Below, piece after piece: positions 10,145-18,158 of a stretch of DNA of 64,000 nt. The notes below the pieces were generated by a model, which did not search any database, was not told where the DNA came from, and saw only the letters and a list, made by a program, of their open reading frames with translations. Origin of the DNA: Candidatus Paceibacter sp. (GTDB lineage Bacteria; Patescibacteriota; Patescibacteriia; S139-126). The translations under genes and the position numbers were made by a program. The DNA lies in contig DYGA01000001.1 of assembly GCA_020724865.1 (NCBI GenBank), positions 89,438-153,437 of the forward strand, written 5' to 3'. Position 1 is the first letter of the stretch. The number at the start of each line of letters is the position of its first letter.

Positions 10145-11209
10145 ATGTCCAGTTTAAATACAAAAAATATGAATTTAGAAAACCTATTTGAAATTGCTGT
10201 AGAAAACAATGCTTCTGATATTCATCTTTTAGTAGGTAAATCGCCTATTTTACGTGTTTCTGGAGACTTAAAAGAACTTAATGATTTACCTATTATCGTC
10301 CCTGAACTTATTCAAAAAATGATTAAAGAAGCAATAAACGAAAAACAGTATGAGACCTTTATAAAAGATCGTGAATTAGATTTTTCTTATCCTTTAAAAA
10401 ATGGCACCCGCATGCGTGTTAATCTATTTTGGGAAAAAGAAAACATGGGCCTAGTCGCTAGAGTTGTGCCCAGTAAAATTCCAGCGATGAAAGAAATTAT
10501 GATGCCTGAAGTTGTTTATCGCTTAACTAGGTTAAATCAAGGATTAGTTTTGGTAACTGGACCCACTGGTTGTGGTAAATCCACTTCTCTGGCAGCTATG
10601 ATTGAGCTGATTAACTCAGAAAGAGGGGTAAATATTGTTACTCTAGAAGATCCAATTGAATTTGTTTATAAAAACAAAAAATCTATTATTAAACAACGTC
10701 AACTTGGTTCTGATATGCTATCTTTCCAATCAGCCTTAAAACACGTTCTACGCCAAGACCCTGATGTTATTTTGGTAGGAGAAATGCGGGATTTAGAAAC
10801 AATAGCTGCAACTATTACTTTGGCCGAAACTGGACACTTAGTTTTTGCTACCTTACATACGCTCAATGCCTCTCAAACTATTGACCGTATTATTGATGTT
10901 TTTCCGCCATACCAACAACCACAAGTAAGATTACAAGTCTCAATGACACTAGCCGGTATTGTTTCACAAAGACTCCTGCCAAAAAAAGATGGCGGCATGG
11001 TGGCTACTCGTGAAATTCTTATTAATACTCCAGCTATTTCAAATTTAATAAGAGAAAATAAAATTCAACAAATTAAAACTATTATCCAAACTTCAGCCGC
11101 GGAAGGCATGATTTCTATGGATCAAGATCTAAAACGATTATACAATGAAAACTATATCGATAAAGAAACTGCCAAACAATACATGATGGATCCCAATAGT
11201 TTAAAATAA
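10145..11209 (+). CDS. pilT: Type IV pilus retraction ATPase PilT
   Basis: GLVLVTGPTGCGKSTSLAAMI Walker A, Asp box, His box and the PilT-specific AISNLIRENKIQQI motif. Its 354-aa length fits PilT rather than PilB. Confidence 0.85.
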   Translation: MSSLNTKNMNLENLFEIAVENNASDIHLLVGKSPILRVSGDLKELNDLPIIVPELIQKMIKEAINEKQYETFIKDRELDFSYPLKNGTRMRVNLFWEKENMGLVARVVPSKIPAMKEIMMPEVVYRLTRLNQGLVLVTGPTGCGKSTSLAAMIELINSERGVNIVTLEDPIEFVYKNKKSIIKQRQLGSDMLSFQSALKHVLRQDPDVILVGEMRDLETIAATITLAETGHLVFATLHTLNASQTIDRIIDVFPPYQQPQVRLQVSMTLAGIVSQRLLPKKDGGMVATREILINTPAISNLIRENKIQQIKTIIQTSAAEGMISMDQDLKRLYNENYIDKETAKQYMMDPNSLK

Positions 11210-11224
11210 ATAAATTTTATATTA

Positions 11225-11254
11225 AAAAACTCCACCCTTATGGTGGATTTTTTA
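11225..11254 (+). terminator. Rho-independent terminator after pilT
   Basis: Hairpin tccacc-ctta-tggtgga followed by TTTTTT. Confidence 0.6.
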
Positions 11255-11321
11255 TGATGCTTTTGTTTTACGAAATCCTAATCTATTTTGAACGAAACTG
11301 ATAACACATGAACGCAGTCAA

Positions 11322-11400
11322 ATCGGTCAGTAAAATTTCTGAAAGTCAAATCTTGGTGCAATTATATGACCAAATCCGAACTCACTTCGAGCGGGACTAA
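11322..11400 (-). repeat. Decayed copy of the tRNA-Lys 3' end (…gttcggatttggtcatataattgCACCA) plus ~45 nt of its 3' trailer
   Basis: In minus sense, cacca-agatttgactttcagaaattttactgaccgatttgactgcg aligns at ~70% with the trailer directly 3' of tRNA-Lys (cacca-gtatcaaactttcaggaattttgccgaccgattcagccgcg). The T-loop-like gttcgga is retained. Confidence 0.55.
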
Positions 11401-11511
11401 CCGCCTCGCTTCGCTCGGCGTACGCTCGGGCGCGGCGGAATTCCCCCCTTGAACCCCCCTTCCGCCGCGCCCTCGCGGGAGGCCAAAAATTTTTTCGCCG
11501 CCAAAAATCAA
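11401..11511. other. GC-rich structured island with a perfect 13-bp stem gggcgcggcggaa/ttccgccgcgccc around a 19-nt C-rich loop, plus smaller GC palindromes
   Basis: Local GC is far above the genome background. The overlapping ORFs (11327..11569, 11449..11697) are Arg/Pro-rich translation artifacts. Confidence 0.5.
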
Positions 11512-11799
11512 CTAGAAAAGAGTATTGATTGCGATAGATCCACCAATCCAAAGCAGGATTGCCAACCACCCAAGGTTATTAGCCTTCTTAGCTTTCTTCG
11601 GCAATCTTTTTTTCCAGCCGTAGTAAAAAATCGCCTGTGCGATGAGGGGAGCAAACAGACACAAAATGAATACATACCAAAGAACATTTCCGCTTAGTGG
11701 TGATTCGTCCACCTGACCTTCGGGCACAGAGGATTTTTCTTTTCTCATCACAAAAAACGAAATGATGCCGGGGATGAGTGTGAAAATTAGTAAATTCAT
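11512..11799 (-). CDS. Small membrane protein (3 predicted TM helices), hypothetical
   Basis: ORF with hydrophobic segments and genome-typical AT-rich codon usage. Confidence 0.5.
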   Translation of the reverse strand: MNLLIFTLIPGIISFFVMRKEKSSVPEGQVDESPLSGNVLWYVFILCLFAPLIAQAIFYYGWKKRLPKKAKKANNLGWLAILLWIGGSIAINTLF

Positions 11800-11812
11800 A
11801 GTTTTTGATTAT

Positions 11813-12574
11813 TTATTTTTTAATTTGTAATTCTTCTCTCAGAAAATTAGTCAACGGGTGCGTATACACATTCAGTATATAACTATAAGGATTATCTGTA
11901 AACGGATTTTTTGTGGACAGTAAAGATTGCTGTACTTCTCTGATTGGGTTTGGATTTTCTTTGACCATTCTCTCTAATTCTTCTTGGGAGACAAAAATAG
12001 AGGTGTCATAAACTTGCACCGCTATTTCTCGACCTTTGTCAGTTTTTACAAATTCCACAGAATCCATTTCCGCTATTCGTTGCAATGCTTCCGAGGTAAA
12101 TGTTGATAATTCATCTCCTTGTATATTTAGACCAAATTTCTGCGGATTAGAAAGAATTGCGGCGTGAGAAGTAAAAACGGCTAGAAAAATTATTCCCATC
12201 GCTATAGCAATAGAAGGAAATTGTTTTTGAGGATTAACAAAACCGTAGTAAGAAGCGAGGGTGATTAGTCCAGTAGCAAGAATTAAATATACGAGTTGTA
12301 TTCCGTTCGGAATGGAAAAAAGTAAAATTCCAAGAGCAGCAGTAAGAGCCGCCCAACCAACAAAAATCCAACTTTTTTCACGGACAGTGAATAGTCCGAG
12401 TACAAATAAGCTCGCGAGCGTTATTGTAGTGCTAGAACTTAAAATTTTTTCTGGTACAGAAAACAAAAACAACGCGGGGATGAAAAATATCCCAGCGTAA
12501 ATCATCAATAGCCAACCCATAAATATAGCTGACGATTGGAAAAGCTGTTTATGTTTTTGAATGAAATTTTCCAT
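11813..12574 (-). CDS. Membrane protein (4-5 TM) with a C-terminal soluble domain, hypothetical. The start is reassigned to the internal Met (MENFIQ…); the upstream GC-rich extension is not coding-like.
   Basis: The ORF-track N-terminal 30 aa (ETLAPPAQRGSPSAGSSQRF) come from the GC-rich hairpin region and match neither the composition nor the usage of the rest of the gene. Confidence 0.5.
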   Translation of the reverse strand: MENFIQKHKQLFQSSAIFMGWLLMIYAGIFFIPALFLFSVPEKILSSSTTITLASLFVLGLFTVREKSWIFVGWAALTAALGILLFSIPNGIQLVYLILATGLITLASYYGFVNPQKQFPSIAIAMGIIFLAVFTSHAAILSNPQKFGLNIQGDELSTFTSEALQRIAEMDSVEFVKTDKGREIAVQVYDTSIFVSQEELERMVKENPNPIREVQQSLLSTKNPFTDNPYSYILNVYTHPLTNFLREELQIKK

Positions 12575-12597
12575 AGCAAAATTAAAAGGTTGCCGCC

Positions 12598-12721
12598 AAA
12601 GAAATCTTTGGCTCGAACCTGCGCTTGGCGAGCCGCGCTGTGCGGGGGGAGCCAGTGTTTCCATTCTCTGCCGCGCTTCGCGCGGCTGAATCGGTCGGCA
12701 AAATTCCTGAAAGTTTGATAC
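12598..12721 (-). other. tRNA-Lys 3' trailer module: conserved AACTTTcaGGAATT motif followed by GC-rich hairpins (gccgcgc-gaag-gcgcggc; ggctcg…cgagcc; ccaaag-attt-ctttgg)
   Basis: Lies directly 3' of tRNA-Lys on the minus strand. It is related to the orphan copy at 11322-11361 and more distantly to the 3' flanks of tRNA-Arg and tRNA-Leu(TAG). Confidence 0.5.
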
Positions 12722-12797
12722 TGGTGGGTCGCACAGGACTCGAACCTGTAACCAATTGCTTAAGAGGCAACTGCTCTACCAATTGAGCTAGCGACCC
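12722..12797 (-). tRNA. tRNA-Lys (anticodon CTT), CCA encoded
   Basis: Minus-sense gggtcgc-ta-gctc-aattggta-gagc-a-gttgc-ctCTTaa-gcaat-tggtt-acagg-ttcgagt-cctgt-gcgaccc-a-cca gives a cloverleaf with a 7-nt anticodon loop. Confidence 0.85.
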
Positions 12798-12818
12798 AAT
12801 TTTAAATTAAATAATAAC

Positions 12819-12842
12819 GACTAATTTCTAATTACTAAACAA
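12819..12842. repeat. 21-mer gactaatttctaattactaa, exact copy of the motif at 51635-51655
   Basis: Exact 21-nt match between two promoter-proximal regions of minus-strand genes (tRNA-Lys here, rpsP there). Confidence 0.5.
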
Positions 12843-13022
12843 TATACTAATAGCAAATAATTAAATAATGGTCAATGCTAAATTATATATTCTCAATTTT
12901 AAATTTAAAAATATATTATATTTTAAAATAAGTTTAAATAATTTATGTCCTCCCTTATAACGATAAGGAGCATCTACTCGGCAAACGCAACTTTTCTGCC
13001 GAACAATAAAATTTCAAGTTCC

Positions 13023-13535
13023 TTATGGTAAATTCCTATGAATTTTAGTTAAAAGAAACGGAGATAACAATGGTTTTAATTTTAATTGCTGTTTCCGCGT
13101 TAAATATTTAAACCCTTTAATATGACCAAAACAATTTTTGGCGCCACAGACACACTTGAAATCAGTACCCCACTTTTTCATATCCCACTCTGTAGTGAGG
13201 TAGTTAAAAGTTATCTCTTCATTTTTCGAAATATTTTTAATGGCAATAAACCATTTTTTTTCAGTATCAAGCTTAGTATTTGGTGAACAACTATGATTAA
13301 TAAAATCTTCTGGAACAAGATATTTTGTATCAATAAATTTATCCTTACTTATTTGCACCGCTTCCGGCGTAGAATTTGTGGCATTAACAAGCTTTCCTTT
13401 TAAAAAAATAATCTTATCACCTTTCCTAAATCTTTTATTGGCAAAAAGCGCTAATCCTTTTTTCCACACATAAACAACTTTAAGAGATTGAGGAATTTTC
13501 AAATTAAAAAGTCTTTTATTTTGCCTGATAAGCAT
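13023..13535 (-). CDS. SET-domain protein (putative lysine methyltransferase) with a post-SET Cys cluster
   Basis: SET signature motifs NHSCSPN and EEITFNY plus the post-SET CVCGAKNC. Confidence 0.75.
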   Translation of the reverse strand: MLIRQNKRLFNLKIPQSLKVVYVWKKGLALFANKRFRKGDKIIFLKGKLVNATNSTPEAVQISKDKFIDTKYLVPEDFINHSCSPNTKLDTEKKWFIAIKNISKNEEITFNYLTTEWDMKKWGTDFKCVCGAKNCFGHIKGFKYLTRKQQLKLKPLLSPFLLTKIHRNLP

Positions 13536-13713
13536 GGTTTAAAAAAAATTAATGACTGAAAAAATAAATTTGTTTACTTAATTTAATGCAAAAATCGGCC
13601 GAATTGCAAGAGAGGATAAATAAAACTTTATAAATTACTTAATGGAAAACTTATCACAAATGAAAATAATGTCGACAAAATTTGTGCCTATATTAATTAA
13701 AGATTGAAGAAAA

Positions 13714-14265
13714 TTAATTTTTCTCTTTTTCTTGGATTTGTTGGTATATTTCTTTTTTTAAATTTTCAAAAATCTGAAAAGATTGAGGAAAGTGTAGACG
13801 AATATACTCTAATACTGAAGGTTGCAATTTATTCATCATAAGGTAAGGGTAAAACTCTTCTTGATTCCTTAAAATAAATATTAAACCTGCTGTTTCGTTT
13901 TCAAAATCTAGTAAAATCGGATTAGCTTTCATAATTGCATCTTTTGATCTTTGATTATATTCATCTTCATTAATTTCTCCCTTTTGCAATAAATTAAATA
14001 AAAAATCGATTTCTTGTGACCAGCGTAATTCTTTTTCCTTAAAATCTTTTAAAATAAAATCACGCGCTTCATTTAAAACTACCCTTTGTTTTGTTGGCAA
14101 ATTATCTATTTCTTTGTGCAGTCGTTCATGTGCTAAAACATCACGAAAACCTTCTTTATGCAATTCATTCTCACTCAATACAATGTTGCCATTTTCAAAA
14201 TATGACATAAAAACTCGTGCTTCTTCTTCGGAATATCCTAACTGCTCCATTTTCTTTAAAAACAT
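13714..14265 (-). CDS. Hypothetical protein with an HExxH motif (AHERLH), possible small metallopeptidase-like fold
   Basis: ORF with typical composition and a single HExxH. No further recognisable family. Confidence 0.35.
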   Translation of the reverse strand: MFLKKMEQLGYSEEEARVFMSYFENGNIVLSENELHKEGFRDVLAHERLHKEIDNLPTKQRVVLNEARDFILKDFKEKELRWSQEIDFLFNLLQKGEINEDEYNQRSKDAIMKANPILLDFENETAGLIFILRNQEEFYPYLMMNKLQPSVLEYIRLHFPQSFQIFENLKKEIYQQIQEKEKN

Positions 14266-14435
14266 TATCTGTTTTTCCTGACTATTTAGATAGTTTTTTT
14301 AAAATAGCCTCCTGCTGGTGTTCCTATCATACCTGGATCAACTACTTCACCAAAGACAACCATTACTTTATTAGGCACCACGTACTCACCATTTTTAATA
14401 AGTTGGCAATTTTTTTCATACAAATTTTTCACTTC

Positions 14436-14804
14436 CTAAAAATATTCCATATTGATTGTTTTCTTCTCCTCAACTTCAGATTTGGTTTGAGCAAAAGCAG
14501 ATTCAGCCCTGATTAATGAAAAAATAACAACTAATGTCTTTAAGGCATTTCTCAATAGTGAATTATTTCGTATCTTTTCCAAAAATGATGGGGATTCAAT
14601 TACTTTTTCTACTTTTTTATCAATAATCTGTTCATTATCAGATGGCAAAATATCAAATTCATTTTTAAAGACTTGTTGTGCAGTAAAAATTTTTTCATTC
14701 TGTTCTAGCTCAAATTTTTGATCTCCAAACTTTTCAACTTCAATAGTTTTCGATTTTTCTTCATTTTTATTTGTAAAATTATTTTCAATATAATTTTCTT
14801 TCAT
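14436..14804 (-). CDS. Hypothetical acidic protein
   Basis: ORF only. A 170-nt gap to the next gene contains a further ~44-codon ORF, so frameshift or pseudogenisation is possible. Confidence 0.3.
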   Translation of the reverse strand: MKENYIENNFTNKNEEKSKTIEVEKFGDQKFELEQNEKIFTAQQVFKNEFDILPSDNEQIIDKKVEKVIESPSFLEKIRNNSLLRNALKTLVVIFSLIRAESAFAQTKSEVEEKKTINMEYF

Positions 14805-14984
14805 AAAATAATTTTATTAAACTCTAATAATTTTTCTTGATTAAATTGCATTAAATTAAGTAAGTTAAATTAAATTTTTTCCGTAACAACTTGATAGTAT
14901 TAGTAATAAATTTTCAAGTATCATAGAGCCTTTAATATTGTTTTATAAAATTTGCGTAAACTTTTTTTAATTTGTTAACTAGCG

Positions 14985-15027
14985 CGTGGACAGCGAGCGG
15001 AGCAATTAATTCCGACAAAGTTAGTTT
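14985..15027 (-). other. Conserved tRNA 3'-flank module (aaactaactttgtcggaattaattgctccgctcgctgtccacgcgc)
   Basis: ~90% identical over ~35 nt to the sequence directly 3' of tRNA-Leu(TAG) at 32757-32796. Confidence 0.5.
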
Positions 15028-15102
15028 TGGTGCACCCGGAGGGATTCGAACCCCCAACAACAGGTCCGAAGCCTGTCATGATATCCATTTCACCACGGGT
15101 GC
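15028..15102 (-). tRNA. tRNA-Arg (anticodon TCG), CCA encoded
   Basis: Minus-sense gcacccg-tg-gtga-aatggata-tcat-g-acagg-ctTCGga-cctgt-tgttg-ggggg-ttcgaat-ccctc-cgggtgc-a-cca. Confidence 0.8.
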
Positions 15103-15189
15103 GTATACTAATTTTACCTATTATCTAAAAAATAAACAAAAAAACACAACCAGCGTTGTGTATTACGCCAAAATAAATTGTAAAATAAC

Positions 15190-15477
15190 TTAATTTTCTT
15201 TAACTTTCAAAGCGTCTTTTAAAGTTTTGCCAGCCTTAAACTTTGGCACTATTACACTTGGAATTTTCATTGGTTCATTTGGTTTTTGCGGATTAACACC
15301 CATACGAGCATGTCGGTTACGAGCAGAAAAAGTACCAAAACCAGTAATTGTTACTTCGTTGCCAGCTTTCAAAGTGTCGATGATTAGTTCAACCATTGAA
15401 TTTACTAAATGCTCGGTTTCTTTTTTTGATATACCAGATTTATCTGATAATTTTTGGATAAATTCTATTTTGTTCAT
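15190..15477 (-). CDS. hup: DNA-binding protein HU
   Basis: MNKIEFIQKLSDKSGISKKETEHLVNSMVELI… and the GFGTFSARNRHARMGVNPQKPNEPMKIP arm region. Confidence 0.9.
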   Translation of the reverse strand: MNKIEFIQKLSDKSGISKKETEHLVNSMVELIIDTLKAGNEVTITGFGTFSARNRHARMGVNPQKPNEPMKIPSVIVPKFKAGKTLKDALKVKEN

Positions 15478-15504
15478 AATTTCACCTCCCTCTTTTAATA
15501 ATAA

Positions 15505-16299
15505 TTATTTAATTATTACTTTTTCTTGTAATCTTTTTATTTTTTTTGCTAGTTTATTTTTTCCAAATTCTACCAAAACACCATTAACTTGAGCTGGTCC
15601 AAATTCTGGAATTTTTAAAACAAAATTTTTGCCAGTTAAAAAATGATTTATAATTTCTTTCTTATCTACGCCAATCACGGAATCTATTGCCCCACAAAAA
15701 CCTACATCACTAATAGCTGCTGTACCTTTGGGAAGAATTCTTTCATCTGCAGTTTGCACATGAGTATGTGTGCCAAAAACTGCATTAACTCTACCATCCA
15801 CATACCAAGCAAAAGCATGTTTTTCGCTAGTAGCTTCAGCATGTAAATCAACAATTGCTAAATCATATTCACTAGATTTATATTTGTCTAATATACTATC
15901 AATCGCTTGAAAAGGATTATTAACAGGTTCATCCATAAATACTCTACCTAATAAGCTTATCACAAGCAATTTTTTTTTGCGAATGGAAAATATTGCTTCC
16001 CCCCGACCAGGAAAATCTCCCTCCAAATTAAATGGCCTTAAAACTACAATCTCGGATGAGTTCAATAACGCTTCAGCTTCTTTTCGCTCTAAAGTATGAT
16101 CACCAGCGGTAAAAATATCTATTCCTAATTCGCTAAGATAATCAAAATGTTTTTGATTCATACCACGGCCATGAGTGACATTGTCAGCGTTGGCAATGAT
16201 AATATCGGGGCGATATTTTTTTTGCCAACGCGGCAATATTTTGGCCACAGCTTTACGACCAATTTTCCCGTCAATATCACCAAAAAATAGTATTTTCAT
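15505..16299 (-). CDS. ymdB: YmdB-like metallophosphoesterase (TIGR00282; 2',3'-cyclic-nucleotide phosphodiesterase family)
   Basis: MKILFFGDIDGKIG…DIIIANADN…GDH metallophosphatase motifs. It sits immediately downstream of rny as in Firmicutes. Confidence 0.8.
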   Translation of the reverse strand: MKILFFGDIDGKIGRKAVAKILPRWQKKYRPDIIIANADNVTHGRGMNQKHFDYLSELGIDIFTAGDHTLERKEAEALLNSSEIVVLRPFNLEGDFPGRGEAIFSIRKKKLLVISLLGRVFMDEPVNNPFQAIDSILDKYKSSEYDLAIVDLHAEATSEKHAFAWYVDGRVNAVFGTHTHVQTADERILPKGTAAISDVGFCGAIDSVIGVDKKEIINHFLTGKNFVLKIPEFGPAQVNGVLVEFGKNKLAKKIKRLQEKVIIK

Positions 16300-16307
16300 A
16301 AAATAAA

Positions 16308-17837
16308 CTATCTTGCGTATTCAATTACTCTATTTTCTCTAATGGCAGTTACCTTGATTTCACCAGGGTATTTTAATTCCGCTTCAATACGATCGGCTAT
16401 ATCACGAGCAATTTTTTTCATTTGATAATCATCTACTTCTTCAGGTTTAACAAAAACACGAATTTCCCGACCGGCTTGAATGGCATAAGTTTTTTCAATA
16501 CCTGGAAAATTATTAGCTACTGCTTCCAATTCTTCTAAACGTTGCAAATAATTTTCGTAAGTATCTTTTCTAGCTCCAGGTCTAGCTCCAGAAATTGCAT
16601 CGGCTACTTTTACTATCACACCTTCTAAAGTTTTGGGACTATCTTCATGGTGAGCAATAGCAATATAAGCTACCTCCTCAGGTAAGCCAAATTTTTTCAT
16701 AATATCATAGCCAATATCAGTATGAGCTCCTTGGACCTCATGGTCAACTGCCTTGCCAATATCATGTAATAAACCACCCTTTTTACAGACAGCAACATTG
16801 GCCCCCAACTCCTCAGCTAACATACCGGATAAAAAGGCAACTTCCATAGAGTGACGTAAAACATTTTGACCATAAGAAGTGCGATACTTTAAACGACCTA
16901 AAATTTGTAATAATTTTGGATCAAGTCCAGCCACTCCAACTTCATAAGCAGCTTCTTCTCCAGCTTTTTTTATATCTAAAGCCAACTCTTTTTTAGCCTG
17001 TTCTACGGTTTCTTCAATTCTACCTGGATGAATACGTCCATCTGATATTAATTTATCTAGAGCTCTTTTAGCCAAATGTCTTCTAATTGGAGAAAAACCA
17101 GATACTAAAATGACTCCTGGAGTATCATCAACAATAATTTCCACCCCGCACAAATTTTCAATTGCTTTAATATTTCTGCCTTCCCGACCGATTATTCTGC
17201 CTTTCATTTCATCATTGGGCAAGGTAACTGAAGTAGTGGTTGTTTCCGCAGCATGCGAAGAAGCGCATCTTTGTAAAACTAAACTAATTAAATTTTTAGC
17301 TTTTTGTTCTAATTCTTCTTCGCCAATTCTTTCCAACTTCAACATTCTTTCATACAAAACATCTTTTTGTCGTTTTTCGACATTATCCAATAAGACTTTT
17401 TTGGCTTCCTCTTGAGTAAGCTTAGCTACTTTTTCTAACTTTTCTAACTGTTGTTCACGCAGTTTGTCAATTTCTTCTTCTTTTTTCGTTAGCTGTTGTT
17501 CTTTTTCACGTAAACGTTGTTGACGATTCTCAAGTTCCAATATTTTTTTATCAAAAATCTCTTCTCGTTTTTCCAAACGAATCTGTAAATGTTGGATCTC
17601 ACGACGTCTTTCCGTTTCTTCTTTTTTCGCTTCATCAATAATCGCTATAGCTTTGTCTTTAGCAGCCAGTAAAATTTCTTTTTCTTTATTTTTAGCAGTA
17701 ATGATTATTTTCTCAGCTTTTCTTTCGGCAGAATTAACTGCTTGTTTGGACCAAATTTTTCTGACAAAATAACCACCAACTAAACCAATAATAGCGGCGA
17801 TGCTAGCGCCGATTAAAAACTCTAAAGTTACTTCCAT
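16308..17837 (-). CDS. rny: Ribonuclease Y
   Basis: N-terminal TM, a long coiled coil, a KH domain (GRIIGREGRNIKAIE) and an HD domain (LLHDIGKAVDHEVQGAH). Confidence 0.9.
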   Translation of the reverse strand: MEVTLEFLIGASIAAIIGLVGGYFVRKIWSKQAVNSAERKAEKIIITAKNKEKEILLAAKDKAIAIIDEAKKEETERRREIQHLQIRLEKREEIFDKKILELENRQQRLREKEQQLTKKEEEIDKLREQQLEKLEKVAKLTQEEAKKVLLDNVEKRQKDVLYERMLKLERIGEEELEQKAKNLISLVLQRCASSHAAETTTTSVTLPNDEMKGRIIGREGRNIKAIENLCGVEIIVDDTPGVILVSGFSPIRRHLAKRALDKLISDGRIHPGRIEETVEQAKKELALDIKKAGEEAAYEVGVAGLDPKLLQILGRLKYRTSYGQNVLRHSMEVAFLSGMLAEELGANVAVCKKGGLLHDIGKAVDHEVQGAHTDIGYDIMKKFGLPEEVAYIAIAHHEDSPKTLEGVIVKVADAISGARPGARKDTYENYLQRLEELEAVANNFPGIEKTYAIQAGREIRVFVKPEEVDDYQMKKIARDIADRIEAELKYPGEIKVTAIRENRVIEYAR

Positions 17838-18158
17838 ATAATAATCCTCGGAAACTTTGGAGTATAATTGAATAATTTTTAGCTGTTATTCAAGACAAGT
17901 ATGAGTTAATGTTTGGGGTACCAAAAAAAAGGCTTCTGGATGAAACTTTTTGAAAAACAAAGAAATAAAAATAATTACGTTCCAAAAGATAATTTCCAAT
18001 AAATCAAGCATCATAGACTCGTACCTGTACAGCCTAATCATCTATTATTCTTCTCCAAAGCTGTTATTAATAATTACAGTATTTTTAGTATACCACAGAA
18101 TTTGAATTTTGGCAATACTCAAAAATCGCTCCGATTTTAAGTCAAAGCGGAATAAAAA

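Noticed and set aside
11327-11697. ORFs 11327..11569(-) and 11449..11697(+), Arg/Pro-rich
   Set aside because: They are translations of the GC-rich hairpin island and overlap each other and the real membrane-protein gene. Composition is unlike any other gene here.
11401-12680. tmRNA, SRP RNA or RNase P RNA hidden in the GC-rich islands
   Set aside because: Signature motifs were looked for and not found: the tmRNA T-arm GGGGGTTCGAATCCCCC…CCACCA, SRP domain IV GGAAGCAGCC, and RNase P CR-I/II/V. A covariance-model scan would be decisive.
12582-12782. 66-aa ORF overlapping tRNA-Lys; also 32644..32877 overlapping tRNA-Leu(TAG)
   Set aside because: Both overlap well-folded tRNA genes and their conserved flanks, so they are spurious.
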